Origin: Octopus sinensis | Taxonomy: Eukaryota | Direction of reading: 5' to 3' | Assembly: GCF_006345805.1 (NCBI RefSeq) | Contig: NW_021827698.1 | Coordinates: forward strand, 1-10,020 | DNA length: 10,020 nucleotides | In this document: in pieces, positions 1 through 8,118 of the stretch | Position numbering within the stretch: the first letter of the stretch is position 1 | Layout: each line of letters starts with the position of its first letter | The notes under the pieces: model-generated | What the model was told of the DNA's origin: nothing | Databases searched by the model: none | Seen by the model: the letters and a program-made list of their open reading frames with translations, nothing else | Made by a program: the position numbers and the translations under genes

Positions 1-92
1 AAAAAAACTAAAGTAAGTCCTGGGGCCGATTCGTTCGAATTCCAAAAATCCCTTTCAGACGGGTCCCCAAAATAGTCGCAGGCAGATGACTG
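1..92 (+). mobile_element. Diverged 3' tail of a SINE, cut by the window edge (same family as 91-330)
   Basis: AAGTCCTGGGGCCGATTCGTTCGA...GCAGGCAGATGACTG parallels AACTCCTTGGAGCGATTTGCTCGA...GCACTCAAACGACTG at about 227-300. Confidence 0.65.
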
Positions 93-330
93 TGTGTGTG
101 TTTGGTCTGTGTTTGTGCACTCCCACCATCACTTGACAACCGGTGCCGGTGTGCTTACGTCCCCGTAACATTAGCAGTTCGGCGGAAGAGACTGATAGAA
201 TAAGAAGCACTAAGGCTTAAAAAAATAACTCCTTGGAGCGATTTGCTCGACTAAAAACCCTTCAAGGCGGTGCTCCATCATGGCCGCACTCAAACGACTG
301 AAACAAGTAAAAGAACAAAAAGAAACAAAA
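91..330 (+). mobile_element. 3' half of an octopus-type tRNA-derived SINE ('family A')
   Basis: TG-rich linker, then CTTGACAACCGGTGCCGGTGTGCTTACGTCCCCGTAAC...AAGGCGGTGCTCCATCATGGCCGCA...GAAACAAGTAAAAG and an A-rich tail. Homologous pieces recur at 3475-3785(-), 7075-7245(+), 8550-8713(-) and 9866-10020(-). Confidence 0.8.
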
Positions 331-361
331 TTACTCTCCACGTTGAGTTTATATTTGTTAT

Positions 362-575
362 GGACTCACGGTCGTAGGATCGCGGTTTCGATTCCCAGAC
401 CGGTCGTTGTGAGTGTTTATTGAGCGAAAACACTTAAAGCTCCACGTGGCTCCGACAGGGAGTGGGGGTGGCGAACTCTGCTGTACTCTTTCACCCCAAC
501 TTTTCCTCACTCTTCCTTCCTGTTTCTGCTGTACCTCAATTTCAAAGGGGCCAGCCTCGTTACCTTCTTGTGCGG
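362..575 (+). mobile_element. 5'- and 3'-truncated copy of the SINE at 1001-1373 ('family B')
   Basis: GGACTCACGGTCGTAGGATCGCGGTTTCGATTCCCAGACCGG...TTTCAAAGGGGCCAGCC aligns with about 1032-1220. It retains box B (GGTTTCGATTCCC) but lacks box A. Confidence 0.9.
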
Positions 576-665
576 TATCCCTATTGGTCGCTTGTAGTCC
601 CTAAATGTATCACAACCTTCGACTCCACCAAACACAGCAATATAAAATGGTCGACACCCTGTACG

Positions 666-927
666 TAAAGGTAAAGTAAAGCTACCTTCTCGGGCCAACC
701 CAGGCTCATAAGGGCCGGTTTCCCGGTTTCACGGCGTGTAAATTCCCCACCTGGTACAGGACGCCGGTCTGTTGCAGGATTACACATTTTTGGCGGCTGA
801 GTGGACTGGAGCAGCGTGAAACGAAATGTTTTGCTCAAGAACACAACACGCTCGCCCGGTCCAGGAATTGAAACCACGGTCTTATGATCATGAGTCCTAC
901 ACCCTAACCACTAAGCCACGCGCCTCC
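666..927 (-). mobile_element. Full-length tRNA-derived SINE ('family C') with a (CTTTA)n tail and 7-bp TSD
   Basis: Minus-strand head GGAGGCGCGTGGCTTAGTGGTTAGGG...GGTTTCAATTCC contains boxes A and B. It ends TTTACTTTACCTTTA. CTGTACG flanks both sides (659-665 and 928-934). Confidence 0.9.
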
Positions 928-1000
928 CTGTACGGTATGTAATCACCACGCTACGCCACCGAGCAACGTCAACTGTGATTATAGATACCCATAGGTGAAT

Positions 1001-1373
1001 GGAGGCGCAATGGCCCAATGGTTAGGGCAGCGGACTCGCGGTCATAGGATCGCGGTTTCGATTCCCAGACCGGGCGTTGTGAGGTTTATTGAGCGAAAGC
1101 ACCTAAAGCTCCACGAGCTCCGACAGGGGATGGTGGTGATCCCTGCTGTACTCTTTCACCACAACTTTCTCTCACTCTTACTCCTGTTTCTGTTGTACCT
1201 GTATTTCAAGGGCCGGCCTTGTCACTCTCTGTGCCGCTGAATATCCCGAGAACTACGTTAAGGGTACATGTGTCTGTGGAGTGCTCAGCCACTTACACGT
1301 TAATTTCACGAGCAGGCTGTTCCGTTGATTCGGATCAACCGGAACCCTCATCGTCGTAACCGACGGAGTGCTT
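1001..1373 (+). mobile_element. Full-length tRNA-derived SINE ('family B') with a 12-bp TSD
   Basis: Box A TGGCCCAATGG (1011-1021), box B GGTTTCGATTCCC (about 1054-1066) and a 3' stem-loop at 1320-1344. CCATAGGTGAAT is duplicated at 989-1000 and 1374-1385. Confidence 0.93.
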
Positions 1374-1476
1374 CCATAGGTGAATAATAGTCCCAACTGC
1401 AAGGATCGTACTTGAACCTACAGTCTGCCGGTCTTACCTTAGTGCCGCTTTTTACTAGATTTTTTTTTTTTTTTAC

Positions 1477-1667
1477 GCCAAGTTCCTCCGAAGAATTTCT
1501 GGAGTAACGTTACTCAAAGGAAAGTGTAGCTTGGATATCAGGGAGTCTCTCGCAGTTGTACCATTGAGAGGTCACAACTCCAACACAACAGATATTTGAT
1601 TAGGATGTCAAAAGGAATTCTTGAAGCCGATCCACTTATAGGTTGATCAAGAACGAGATGTTTATAA
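1477..1667 (+). mobile_element. Degenerate RTE-clade LINE fragment (C-terminal, post-RT region)
   Basis: My translation is AKFLRRISGVTLLKGKCSLDIRESLAVVP, then a frameshift, then IERSQLQHNRYLIRMSKGILEADPLIG*SRTRC. This matches the RTE pattern MKFLRRIxGVTxxDxxRxxDIRxxLxVxPxxxxIERxQLRWFGHxxRM...GRPRxRW. Confidence 0.8.
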
Positions 1668-1774
1668 AGCTGTTTGTTAAATTAGATATTTTATTTGATT
1701 CAGTAAGTTGTGGATTTAGAAGATTAGTTTGTTTAATATCGAAATCAGTATGCAGTTTTAGAGTTGGGCAGTTA

Positions 1775-2190
1775 TTTAATTTAATTTAATTTAATCTAAT
1801 TTAATTTAATTTTTATTGGCTCAAAAAGCAAAAGCAAGGCCATGTAGGGGGACATGGAGTTATGTACAGGGAGGGTGTTCATGCAAAGAGTTCAGGCCAT
1901 TTCCGGTCAAGAGAGACTTTGAACCGAGGGTGTCGTCGACATCTTCACTATCTCTCGTCCGGCAGCTTATTCCACGGATCCGCAACCCGGACGGAGAAAG
2001 CCCCTCTCCTTCGATTGAGATGAAATCGTCGCAGATAGAGCTTTTCGGAGTCACCCCGCAGCTGACGCTCTGGAGCAGGAGTGAAGAACAGCTCTTTCGA
2101 GAGGTTACACTTTCCGCTTATGATGTTGTGAGCGAGAACGAGATCTCCACAGCGGCGTCGTTTTTCTTAGGTACACAGAATGGGGTATCA
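1775..2190 (-). mobile_element. 5'-truncated CR1/L2-group LINE 3' end with an (AAATT)n tail
   Basis: The minus strand reads T*EKRRRCGDLVLAHNIISGKCNLSKELFFTPAPERQLRGDSEKLYLRRFHLNRRRGAFSVRVADPWNKLPDE. This is the CR1 C-terminal signature (LExRRxRGDL...FF...RGH..KL...R..FSxRV...WNxLP). A short 3' UTR with AATAAA and an (AAATT)n tail at 1775-1812 follow. Confidence 0.9.
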
Positions 2191-2614
2191 AGGCGGCGAG
2201 CTGGCAGAAACGTTAGCACGCCGGGCGAAATGTGTAACCGTACTTCATCTGCCGTTACGTTCTGAGTTCAATTTCCGCCGAGGTCGACTTTGCCTTTCAT
2301 CCTTTCGGGACCGATAAATTAAGTACCAGTTACGCACTGGGGTTGATGTAATCGACTTAATCCGTTTGTCTGTCCTTGTTTGTCCCCTCTGTGTTTAGCA
2401 CCTTGTGGGTAGTAAAGAATTAGAAATAGGTATTTCGTCTGCCGTTACGTTTTGAGTTCAAATTCCGCCGAGGTCGACTTTGCCTTTCATCCTTTCGGGG
2501 TCGATTAAATAAGTACCAGTTGCGCACTGGGATTGATGTAATCGACTTAACCCCTTTGTCTGTCCTTGTTTGTTCCCTCTATTTTTAGCCCTTTGTGGGC
2601 AATAAAGAAATAAG
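2191..2614 (+). mobile_element. tRNA-derived SINE ('family D') with a 190-bp tandem duplication of body and tail
   Basis: Head AGGCGGCGAGCTGGCAGAAACGTTAGC and box-B-like GAGTTCAAATTCC. TCTGCCGTTACG occurs at 2248 and 2438 (period 190), and both units end GTGGG-AxTAAAGAA-TAG. Confidence 0.88.
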
Positions 2615-2808
2615 AAGGGGTTATTAATGTTAAACATTTTCATGGGGGTATTAATATAATTTGTTTTATCAATCAACTGTTTGATTTTTATTCGTAGATT
2701 TTTTAGGTTGGTTGTAGGAATCGATGAGTCAGGATTAGTATAATTTTGGTTGGTTATTTATTATCAAAATAATAAGTCATTGAGTTTTTGTATCTGGTTT
2801 GCAAGATG

Positions 2809-3201
2809 CCTTATGTGAATTCGTGTGTTGAAACAAATTTTGTAGTGTCTCGGGAGGGTCATTGCCTTAATATAACACACGCACCGGTTCGATTTCTACT
2901 CGTTTATTTATTTATTCCAGAAAGCTTTTTTTGTCGCTGCATTTGCGACTGTATCAATTCATTTTGACTCTGACCGTCCGTTATTAAAGCTGCGCTCCTT
3001 TTCGATTTGTTTGTTTGTTGTATGTTGTTTGTTTTAAAAAAGGGAATAAATGGATAAGTAAATAAATAAATAAATAAATGAGTGGAAATCGAACCGGTGA
3101 GTATGTTATATTAAGGCATTATGACCCTCCCCGGACACAACAAAAATCATTGAGTGTTAGGATGTTACCGGTTTTAATAAATTTCAGTCGACCACATAAG
3201 G
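2809..3201. mobile_element. MITE-like element with long imperfect inverted repeats
   Basis: About 2836-2918 (GGGAGGGTCATTGCCTTAATATAACACACGCACCGGTTCGATTTCTACTC...) is the reverse complement of about 3046-3148. Outer CCTTATGTG (2809) pairs with CACATAAGG (about 3193-3201). No ORF inside and no clear TSD. Confidence 0.7.
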
Positions 3202-3317
3202 AAATAAAACAGGAAGGTCTAATGCCGGTTGCTTCTGTGCTTCTGACAGGACCCTATGAAGAAGGTGCCTGAGGACTCCACCTCAACGACCCACCCAAGA
3301 ATAGTGGACAGAGAAAG

Positions 3318-3346
3318 TGGATGGATGGATGGTTGGATGGATGGAT
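3318..3346. repeat. (GGAT)n microsatellite
   Basis: Read directly from the sequence. Confidence 0.95.
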
Positions 3347-3474
3347 AAAATTTGCTTTTCCTTTAACAGCAACCCTCGTCCTCCCTTCTTTCGTCTTTTC
3401 AGGCTCTCCTCCCGTGCCAAGCTCCATTGGACAATGATCGCCAGCAATGTCCTTCCGCCTATCAACTTTTATCT

Positions 3475-3785
3475 TCTTATCTTTTGGTTTTCACTTGTTC
3501 CATTCATTGGACTGCGACCATGCTGGGTCCTTGAAGGGCTTAGCTCAGTCGAACGAATCAAGCCCATGCCGAAACGCTAAGTTACAGAGACGAAAACAAA
3601 GCAACACCGGTTGTCAGTAGGTAGAGAGGGACAAACACAGCACAAGCACGAATACGTCCCCCACTACACACACACATACACATACGAAGAGCTTCCACAC
3701 AGTTTCCGTCCACCAAATTCCTTCACAAGGCATTGATCAGCCTGGGACTATAGTAGAGGACACTGGCCCTAGGTATCGTGCAGAT
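3475..3785 (-). mobile_element. Diverged near-full-length family A SINE
   Basis: Reverse complement of family A motifs: CACTTGTTCCATTCATTGGACTGCGACCATGCTGG, AACACCGGTTGTCA, a CA-rich linker, and TTTCCGTCCACCAAATTCCTTCACAAGGC...CTATAGTAGAGGACAC. The last motif is homologous to 7500-7570. Confidence 0.8.
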
Positions 3786-3794
3786 TGATGCATG

Positions 3795-3922
3795 CATATG
3801 TGTGTGTATGTAAGCATGTGTGTATGTGTGTCATATGTATGTGTTTGTAGATATGTGTGAATATGGATCTGAGAATGAGTATATATGCATATATATATAT
3901 ATATATATGTGTGTATATATAT

Positions 3923-3969
<47 letters not shown>

Positions 3970-3996
3970 TGCGTGTGTGTGTATATGTTATATATA
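3795..3996. repeat. Compound (TG)n/(TA)n microsatellite
   Basis: Read directly from the sequence. Confidence 0.9.
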
Positions 3997-4004
3997 TCCA
4001 TGAT

Positions 4005-4108
4005 TGACCAGGTTATCAGATGTTGCTACACATCGCTGGTCACAATGCGCTTCGCATTGCTTTAGCCTTCAAATGACGCCACCCGTGGCTAAGCGAGAGC
4101 AGGGCCAA
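4005..4108 (-). mobile_element. Isolated structured fragment, probably an alternative 3' tail of a family-B-type SINE
   Basis: A 100-bp complex island between microsatellites that folds into three hairpins. I recall it as the tail of an octopus SINE with the family B head, but no second copy is present here to confirm this. Confidence 0.5.
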
Positions 4109-4265
4109 TATGTATATAATATGTATATATTTATATATAATACACATACATATATATATATATTATAAATATATATATATATTATATAATATAATATATA
4201 TATTATATGTATGTATATATAGGTATGTATATATATATATGTGTGTATGTATGTATGTATGTATG

Positions 4266-4297
<32 letters not shown>

Positions 4298-4360
4298 TGT
4301 ATGAGTGTGTATGTAGATATGGATGTACGTATATGCATGTATGTTTGTACGTGTGCGTGC
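4109..4360. repeat. Compound (TA)n/(TATG)n microsatellite
   Basis: Read directly from the sequence. Confidence 0.95.
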
Positions 4361-4473
4361 TCAAGAAATGTTGACGTCACAAAACCGGTGTTTGGATCGA
4401 AACACGTATCTCTCTCACTCAGTTTCTATGTCACATGACAAGCTTGCACTTCAATGATTGAGCAAATCATGTA

Positions 4474-5005
4474 GACGACGACGACGAGGGGGGGAGCAAG
4501 AGGAGGAGGGAGAGGCTGACGTGGACAGCATCCGCTTCAGTGATGGCGATGATGATGATGATGATGATGATGACAACGAAGATCATGATGATGATGATGG
4601 TGATGGTGACGATGACGACGTCGATCGTGAGATGATAATAATGATGATAATCATCATGGTGGTGTTCATGATGATGACGACTACAACGACGTCGATGATG
4701 ATGATGATGATGATGATGATGTTGATGAGGATGATGATGATGATGATGACGACGATGATGATGATGATGACGACAACGACGAACGACGACGACGATGATG
4801 ATGATGATGATGTCTACGACGACGACGACGACGACGTTGACGATGAAGAGAAGGGAGGTGACGACGGTGATGATAATGATAGTGGTGATGGTGGTGGTGG
4901 TGGTGGTGGTGGTGGTGGTGGCGGTGGTAGTGGTGACCAAGATGATGACTATGATAATAAGGCGGGGGAGTTGGTTCGCGGCGGCGGCGACAAGGACTTA
5001 TGATG
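4474..5005. repeat. Compound trinucleotide tract (GAC/GAG/GAT/GGT)n
   Basis: Read directly from the sequence. It explains the stop-free poly-D, poly-M, poly-H and poly-G ORFs. Confidence 0.9.
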
Positions 5006-5054
5006 ACACTTTCCCGAGCTAATCAGAATATCTGATCTGGCCTAGTGTGATATC

Positions 5055-5215
5055 AGATGGAGAGGAAAGAGGAGCAGCAGGAGGTGGAGGGAGAGGGAGT
5101 GGTCAGAGGAGGAGGAGGAGGAGGACATAGGTTGGGTGGTGGAGAGGCGGTGGCGGCGGCGGTGACATTGAGATTGAAGATTGTGGAAAGTGCGTGAGAG
5201 AGTCGGGTTGGGAGG
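5055..5215. repeat. G/purine-rich low-complexity tract with (GGA)n and (GGC)n
   Basis: Read directly from the sequence. Confidence 0.75.
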
Positions 5216-5334
5216 TAGTAAGTGTTCCACCACCACCGGCCACCCGCCACCCTTAATATACCCATCGGACTTTTAACACTTCAAACGGTTGCGCTACTCT
5301 CTCTCTAAACTCATTTCTATGAACCCGCCACTGA

Positions 5335-6212
5335 AAACACACGCACAGACACACACAGATACACAAACACATACACAAACACAAACACATACACAAACAC
5401 AAACACATACACAAACACACACACATACACAAACACACACACACAATCACGCACATTCACACAATCACGCACATACACACACACACGAATACACATACAC
5501 ATACACATATACATGCCTACATGCATACATACATATACGTGCAAGCATTCATTCATACAGGCCTTGTACATACATATATGCAAGCAAATATACAAGCATA
5601 TACATACATGCATACATACATGTATGCATGTATGTGTTTGTTTGTGTGTGTACGTATGCATGTATGCATACATACATACATACATGCATGCATGCATACA
5701 TACATACATACATACATACTACTACATGCATGCATCAGATACATACATACATACATACATACATACATACATACTGCATGCATGCATGACATACATAATA
5801 ACATACATACATACATGCATGCATACATATACATACATACATACATACATTACATACATAACATACATATGCATGCATACCATACATACATACATCATGC
5901 ATGCATGTACATACATACATACATACATACATGCATACATACATACATGCATACATACATACATACAACATACATGCATACATGCATACATACATACATA
6001 CTTACGTATATACATACATACATACATACATACATAAAATTACATACAACATACATACACATACATACATACATACATACATAACATACATACATACATG
6101 CATGCATACATACATACATACATACATACATACATACATACATACATACATACATGCATACATACATACATACATACATACATTACATACATACATACAT
6201 ACATGCATGCAT
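5335..6212. repeat. Long (CA)n then (CATA)n/(CATG) compound microsatellite, about 880 bp
   Basis: Read directly from the sequence. It is the source of all the MYVC/HTYI ORFs. Confidence 0.97.
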
Positions 6213-6214
6213 AT

Positions 6215-6587
6215 TTGATCTCTTTGAAAATCTAAGAGGAAGGGGAGAATTATGGACAACTGCTTCAAAACCTCCAGTTTCTGTATCCAGATTATAAATT
6301 CTCGTTTATACCAATTATAATTGGTCCGCTTGGTTTTCTGGGTAAATAAATGCCTAAGTAAATCTCTGGATAAATTAGGGTTTTCAGAAAAAAAGAATTA
6401 ACAGACTAACTCGCACATTGCAAATACAGTTTGTAAGTGGAACAATAAAAATATGCAACACTTTCGTCAAGTTTAAAATGTGAATCTGCTTTTGTTATCT
6501 ACATTGAAACGATGAAGCATTGTATCGTATTTTAGAAACAAGCTCCTTCCTGCGAGAAGAATTTAAATAATTGAAAACAGAAAAGAA
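6215..6587 (+). mobile_element. 5'-truncated RLE-type non-LTR retrotransposon 3' end (R4/Dong-like), ORF remnant 6218-6483 plus 3' UTR
   Basis: My translation is ISLKI*EEGENYGQLLQNLQFLYPDYKFSFIPIIIGPLGFL, frameshift, NKCLSKSLDKLGFSEKK, frameshift, INRLTRTLQIQFVSGTIKICNTFVKFKM*(6481-6483). This fits the RLE C-terminus K..Y..L...L.......IPIIIGALG...K.L...L.KLG. The clade assignment is tentative. Confidence 0.78.
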
Positions 6588-6608
6588 CATACATACATAC
6601 ATACATAC
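6588..6608. repeat. (CATA)5 tract directly after the RLE 3' UTR
   Basis: CATACATACATACATACATAC. Confidence 0.95.
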
Positions 6609-6664
6609 TTTAGAAAATTACTATTTGTAAATCTCGCAACGAGAAATATTCAGCAAAAGTACTT

Positions 6665-6910
6665 TGGAGTAAAGATTGTTTGCCAACATAACATGGCAGT
6701 CCTGGTTTAGGACGAATGTTGCTGTAATTTAGCCCCAGGAGACATCGTCTCCAGCTGGCTATACGACACGATCGGGTCCCTATATTTTCGAACAAGGACA
6801 CAGATCGTGTCGTATAGCCAGCGGAGACGATGTCTCCTGGGGCTAAATTACAGCAACATTCGTCCTAAACCAGGACTGTCATGTTATGTTGGCAAACAAT
6901 CTTTACTCCA
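6665..6910. repeat. Near-perfect long inverted repeat (arms 6665-6773 and 6803-6910)
   Basis: Arms of 109 and 108 bp differ by one substitution (6696) and one extra base (6753). The 29-nt spacer has further GTCC/GGAC pairing. Confidence 0.97.
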
Positions 6911-6938
6911 TACATAAATACATACATACATACATACA

Positions 6939-6970
<32 letters not shown>

Positions 6971-7050
6971 CATACATACATACATACATACATGTATGTA
7001 TATATATATATATGTAAGTATTTGTGTTTATGTGTGTGTTTGTATGTGTT
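6911..7050. repeat. (CATA)n then (TA)n/(TG)n microsatellite
   Basis: Read directly from the sequence. Confidence 0.93.
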
Positions 7051-7074
7051 AACGAACGTGTTTTTACGCTTGAG

Positions 7075-7245
7075 TACGTCTTTGTGCTTCTCGTTCCATG
7101 ACTTGACAACCGGTGTTGGTTAGTTTACGTTCCCGTAGCTTAATGGTAGCAGTCTTAACGTAAGAACTGTGAGTCAATTTGTGCGGGGAAACCCCTCAAA
7201 GCAGTGCCAAAGTATGGCCGCTGCCCAATGGCTGAACAAAAAAAT
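7075..7245 (+). mobile_element. Diverged 3' half of a family A SINE
   Basis: ACTTGACAACCGGTGTTGGTTAGTTTACGTTCCCGTAGCTTA...AGTATGGCCGCTGCCCAATGGCTGAACAAAAAAA is homologous to 131-310. Confidence 0.75.
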
Positions 7246-7261
7246 AACACAAAAACACAAA

Positions 7262-7325
7262 TATATGTGTACATGCGTGTGTGTGTGCGTGTGTGTGTAT
7301 GTTTTGTGTGTGTGTGTGTGTGTGT
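7262..7325. repeat. (TG)n microsatellite
   Basis: Read directly from the sequence. Confidence 0.93.
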
Positions 7326-7459
7326 TTCCAAAGAGGGTTGTCTTTTCGCCAACGTCTCCAAATTTTGCACTTATTCCTCATTCACCGCTACACACATTGG
7401 AATCGCTGCCTCGTTTTCTTTCTTCATCCCCGGCGACAAAGGCCGTATCTCAGCAGGCA

Positions 7460-7575
7460 GTTCAAACAACCACATGGTTCCGGGTTCACCCCCACTGCAT
7501 AGCACCTTGGCCAAGTGATTTTTGCTATAGCCTCGGACCGACCGAGGCCTTGTGAATGGATTTCATGGACGAAGA
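7460..7575 (+). mobile_element. 5' portion of a family A SINE (box B region and body start)
   Basis: CAACCACATGGTTCCGGGTTCACCCCCACTGCATAGCACCTTGGCCAAGTG...CTATAGCCTCGGACCGACCGAGGCCTTGTGAATGGATTT is homologous to the reverse complement of about 3700-3785. Confidence 0.75.
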
Positions 7576-7786
7576 CCAGATTGCGTATTCGCTTCTCTTT
7601 TTGCTCTCTGTGATTTTATTTTTGATCCTGTATATAAATGGAGATATTTCCTCCGTCTGGCTGCTTTTCTCTCAACAGAATGTTAAGTTACATTGCGGAA
7701 CAGTCATTTTAACGTGTTTATATTTATTTATCATGCGACGAGATACATCTGCACCACTGGATACTCCTGAACCAGTTGCTGAGTGT

Positions 7787-7834
7787 CCCACACAAGAGGA
7801 ATCTATGCTAGATGAGTCGAAACAGCTGTCGTGA
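7787..7834 (+). other. Degenerate Penelope-type minimal hammerhead ribozyme relic
   Basis: CAC...AAGAG, the hairpin ATCTA-TGC-TAGAT, then CGAAAC-AGCT-GTC-GTG. The 3' half of the core is intact with a palindromic loop III, but the CUG of CUGANGA is missing. Confidence 0.4.
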
Positions 7835-7965
7835 TTTATTATAAATTCTGGTATATTCCATCTTCGGTCTTTCATTTGTTATATACCTAACGATCACGGT
7901 GAAAGTGACCGTGCTTTACCAGTAAGCTACCAGGTGTAAACCATTTGTTTTATTATCTAATCCAA

Positions 7966-8078
7966 TATGTGTGTGTGTGTGTGTGTGTGTGTGTACGTAT
8001 GTGTATTAGATAGATAGCTAGACAGAGAGAGAATAAATGAGAGAAAGGGAGGGGGGATAAAAGAAAGAAAAGAAGAAA

Positions 8079-8118
<40 letters not shown>

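Noticed and set aside
1001-1075. tRNA gene
   Set aside because: The tRNA-like head continues into a SINE body bounded by a TSD, with no intact cloverleaf or poly-T terminator.
413-1240. ORFs at 413-604, 581-877 and 995-1240
   Set aside because: They lie inside SINEs. The shared FIERKHLKLH peptide only reflects SINE homology.
1816-2265. 149-aa plus-strand ORF
   Set aside because: It is antisense to the CR1 fragment. The meaningful frame is on the minus strand.
3370-3470. Strong-looking splice acceptor (polypyrimidine tract + CAG at about 3400)
   Set aside because: No good downstream GT donor and no recognisable peptide.
4366-4412. Possible third hammerhead relic (CGAAACACGTATC)
   Set aside because: No credible CUGANGA, stem I or stem II.
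4458-5022. 181-aa D/M/G-rich ORF and the antisense 157-aa His-rich ORF
   Set aside because: Fully explained by triplet microsatellites that lack stops in several frames. There is no domain or convincing splice context.
5042-5265. Pro/Ala/Ser-rich minus-strand ORFs that look like a transcription factor low-complexity region
   Set aside because: The composition follows from GGA/GGC repeats and there is no recognisable domain. An exon cannot be fully excluded without RNA-seq.
5289-6268. Many MYVC/HTYI ORFs (also at 4069-4438 and 6881-7123)
   Set aside because: They are translations of (CATA)n and (CA)n repeats.
6680-6770. Hammerhead, pistol, twister or HDV fold in the inverted-repeat arm (GTCCT/AGGAC stem followed by GAA)
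   Set aside because: On manual inspection the cores are incomplete: no CUGANGA or GAAA, no pistol P2 partner strand and no HDV P3/L3. Only a generic structured RNA is claimed.
7326-7465. Possible mariner transposase relic (PHSP..Y...FFLHP...RQFK across a frameshift)
   Set aside because: The similarity is too weak to support without a translated search.
7556-7875. 92-aa hydrophobic ORF and overlapping antisense ORF
   Set aside because: It starts inside a SINE, has AT-rich low-complexity codons and shows no recognisable family.
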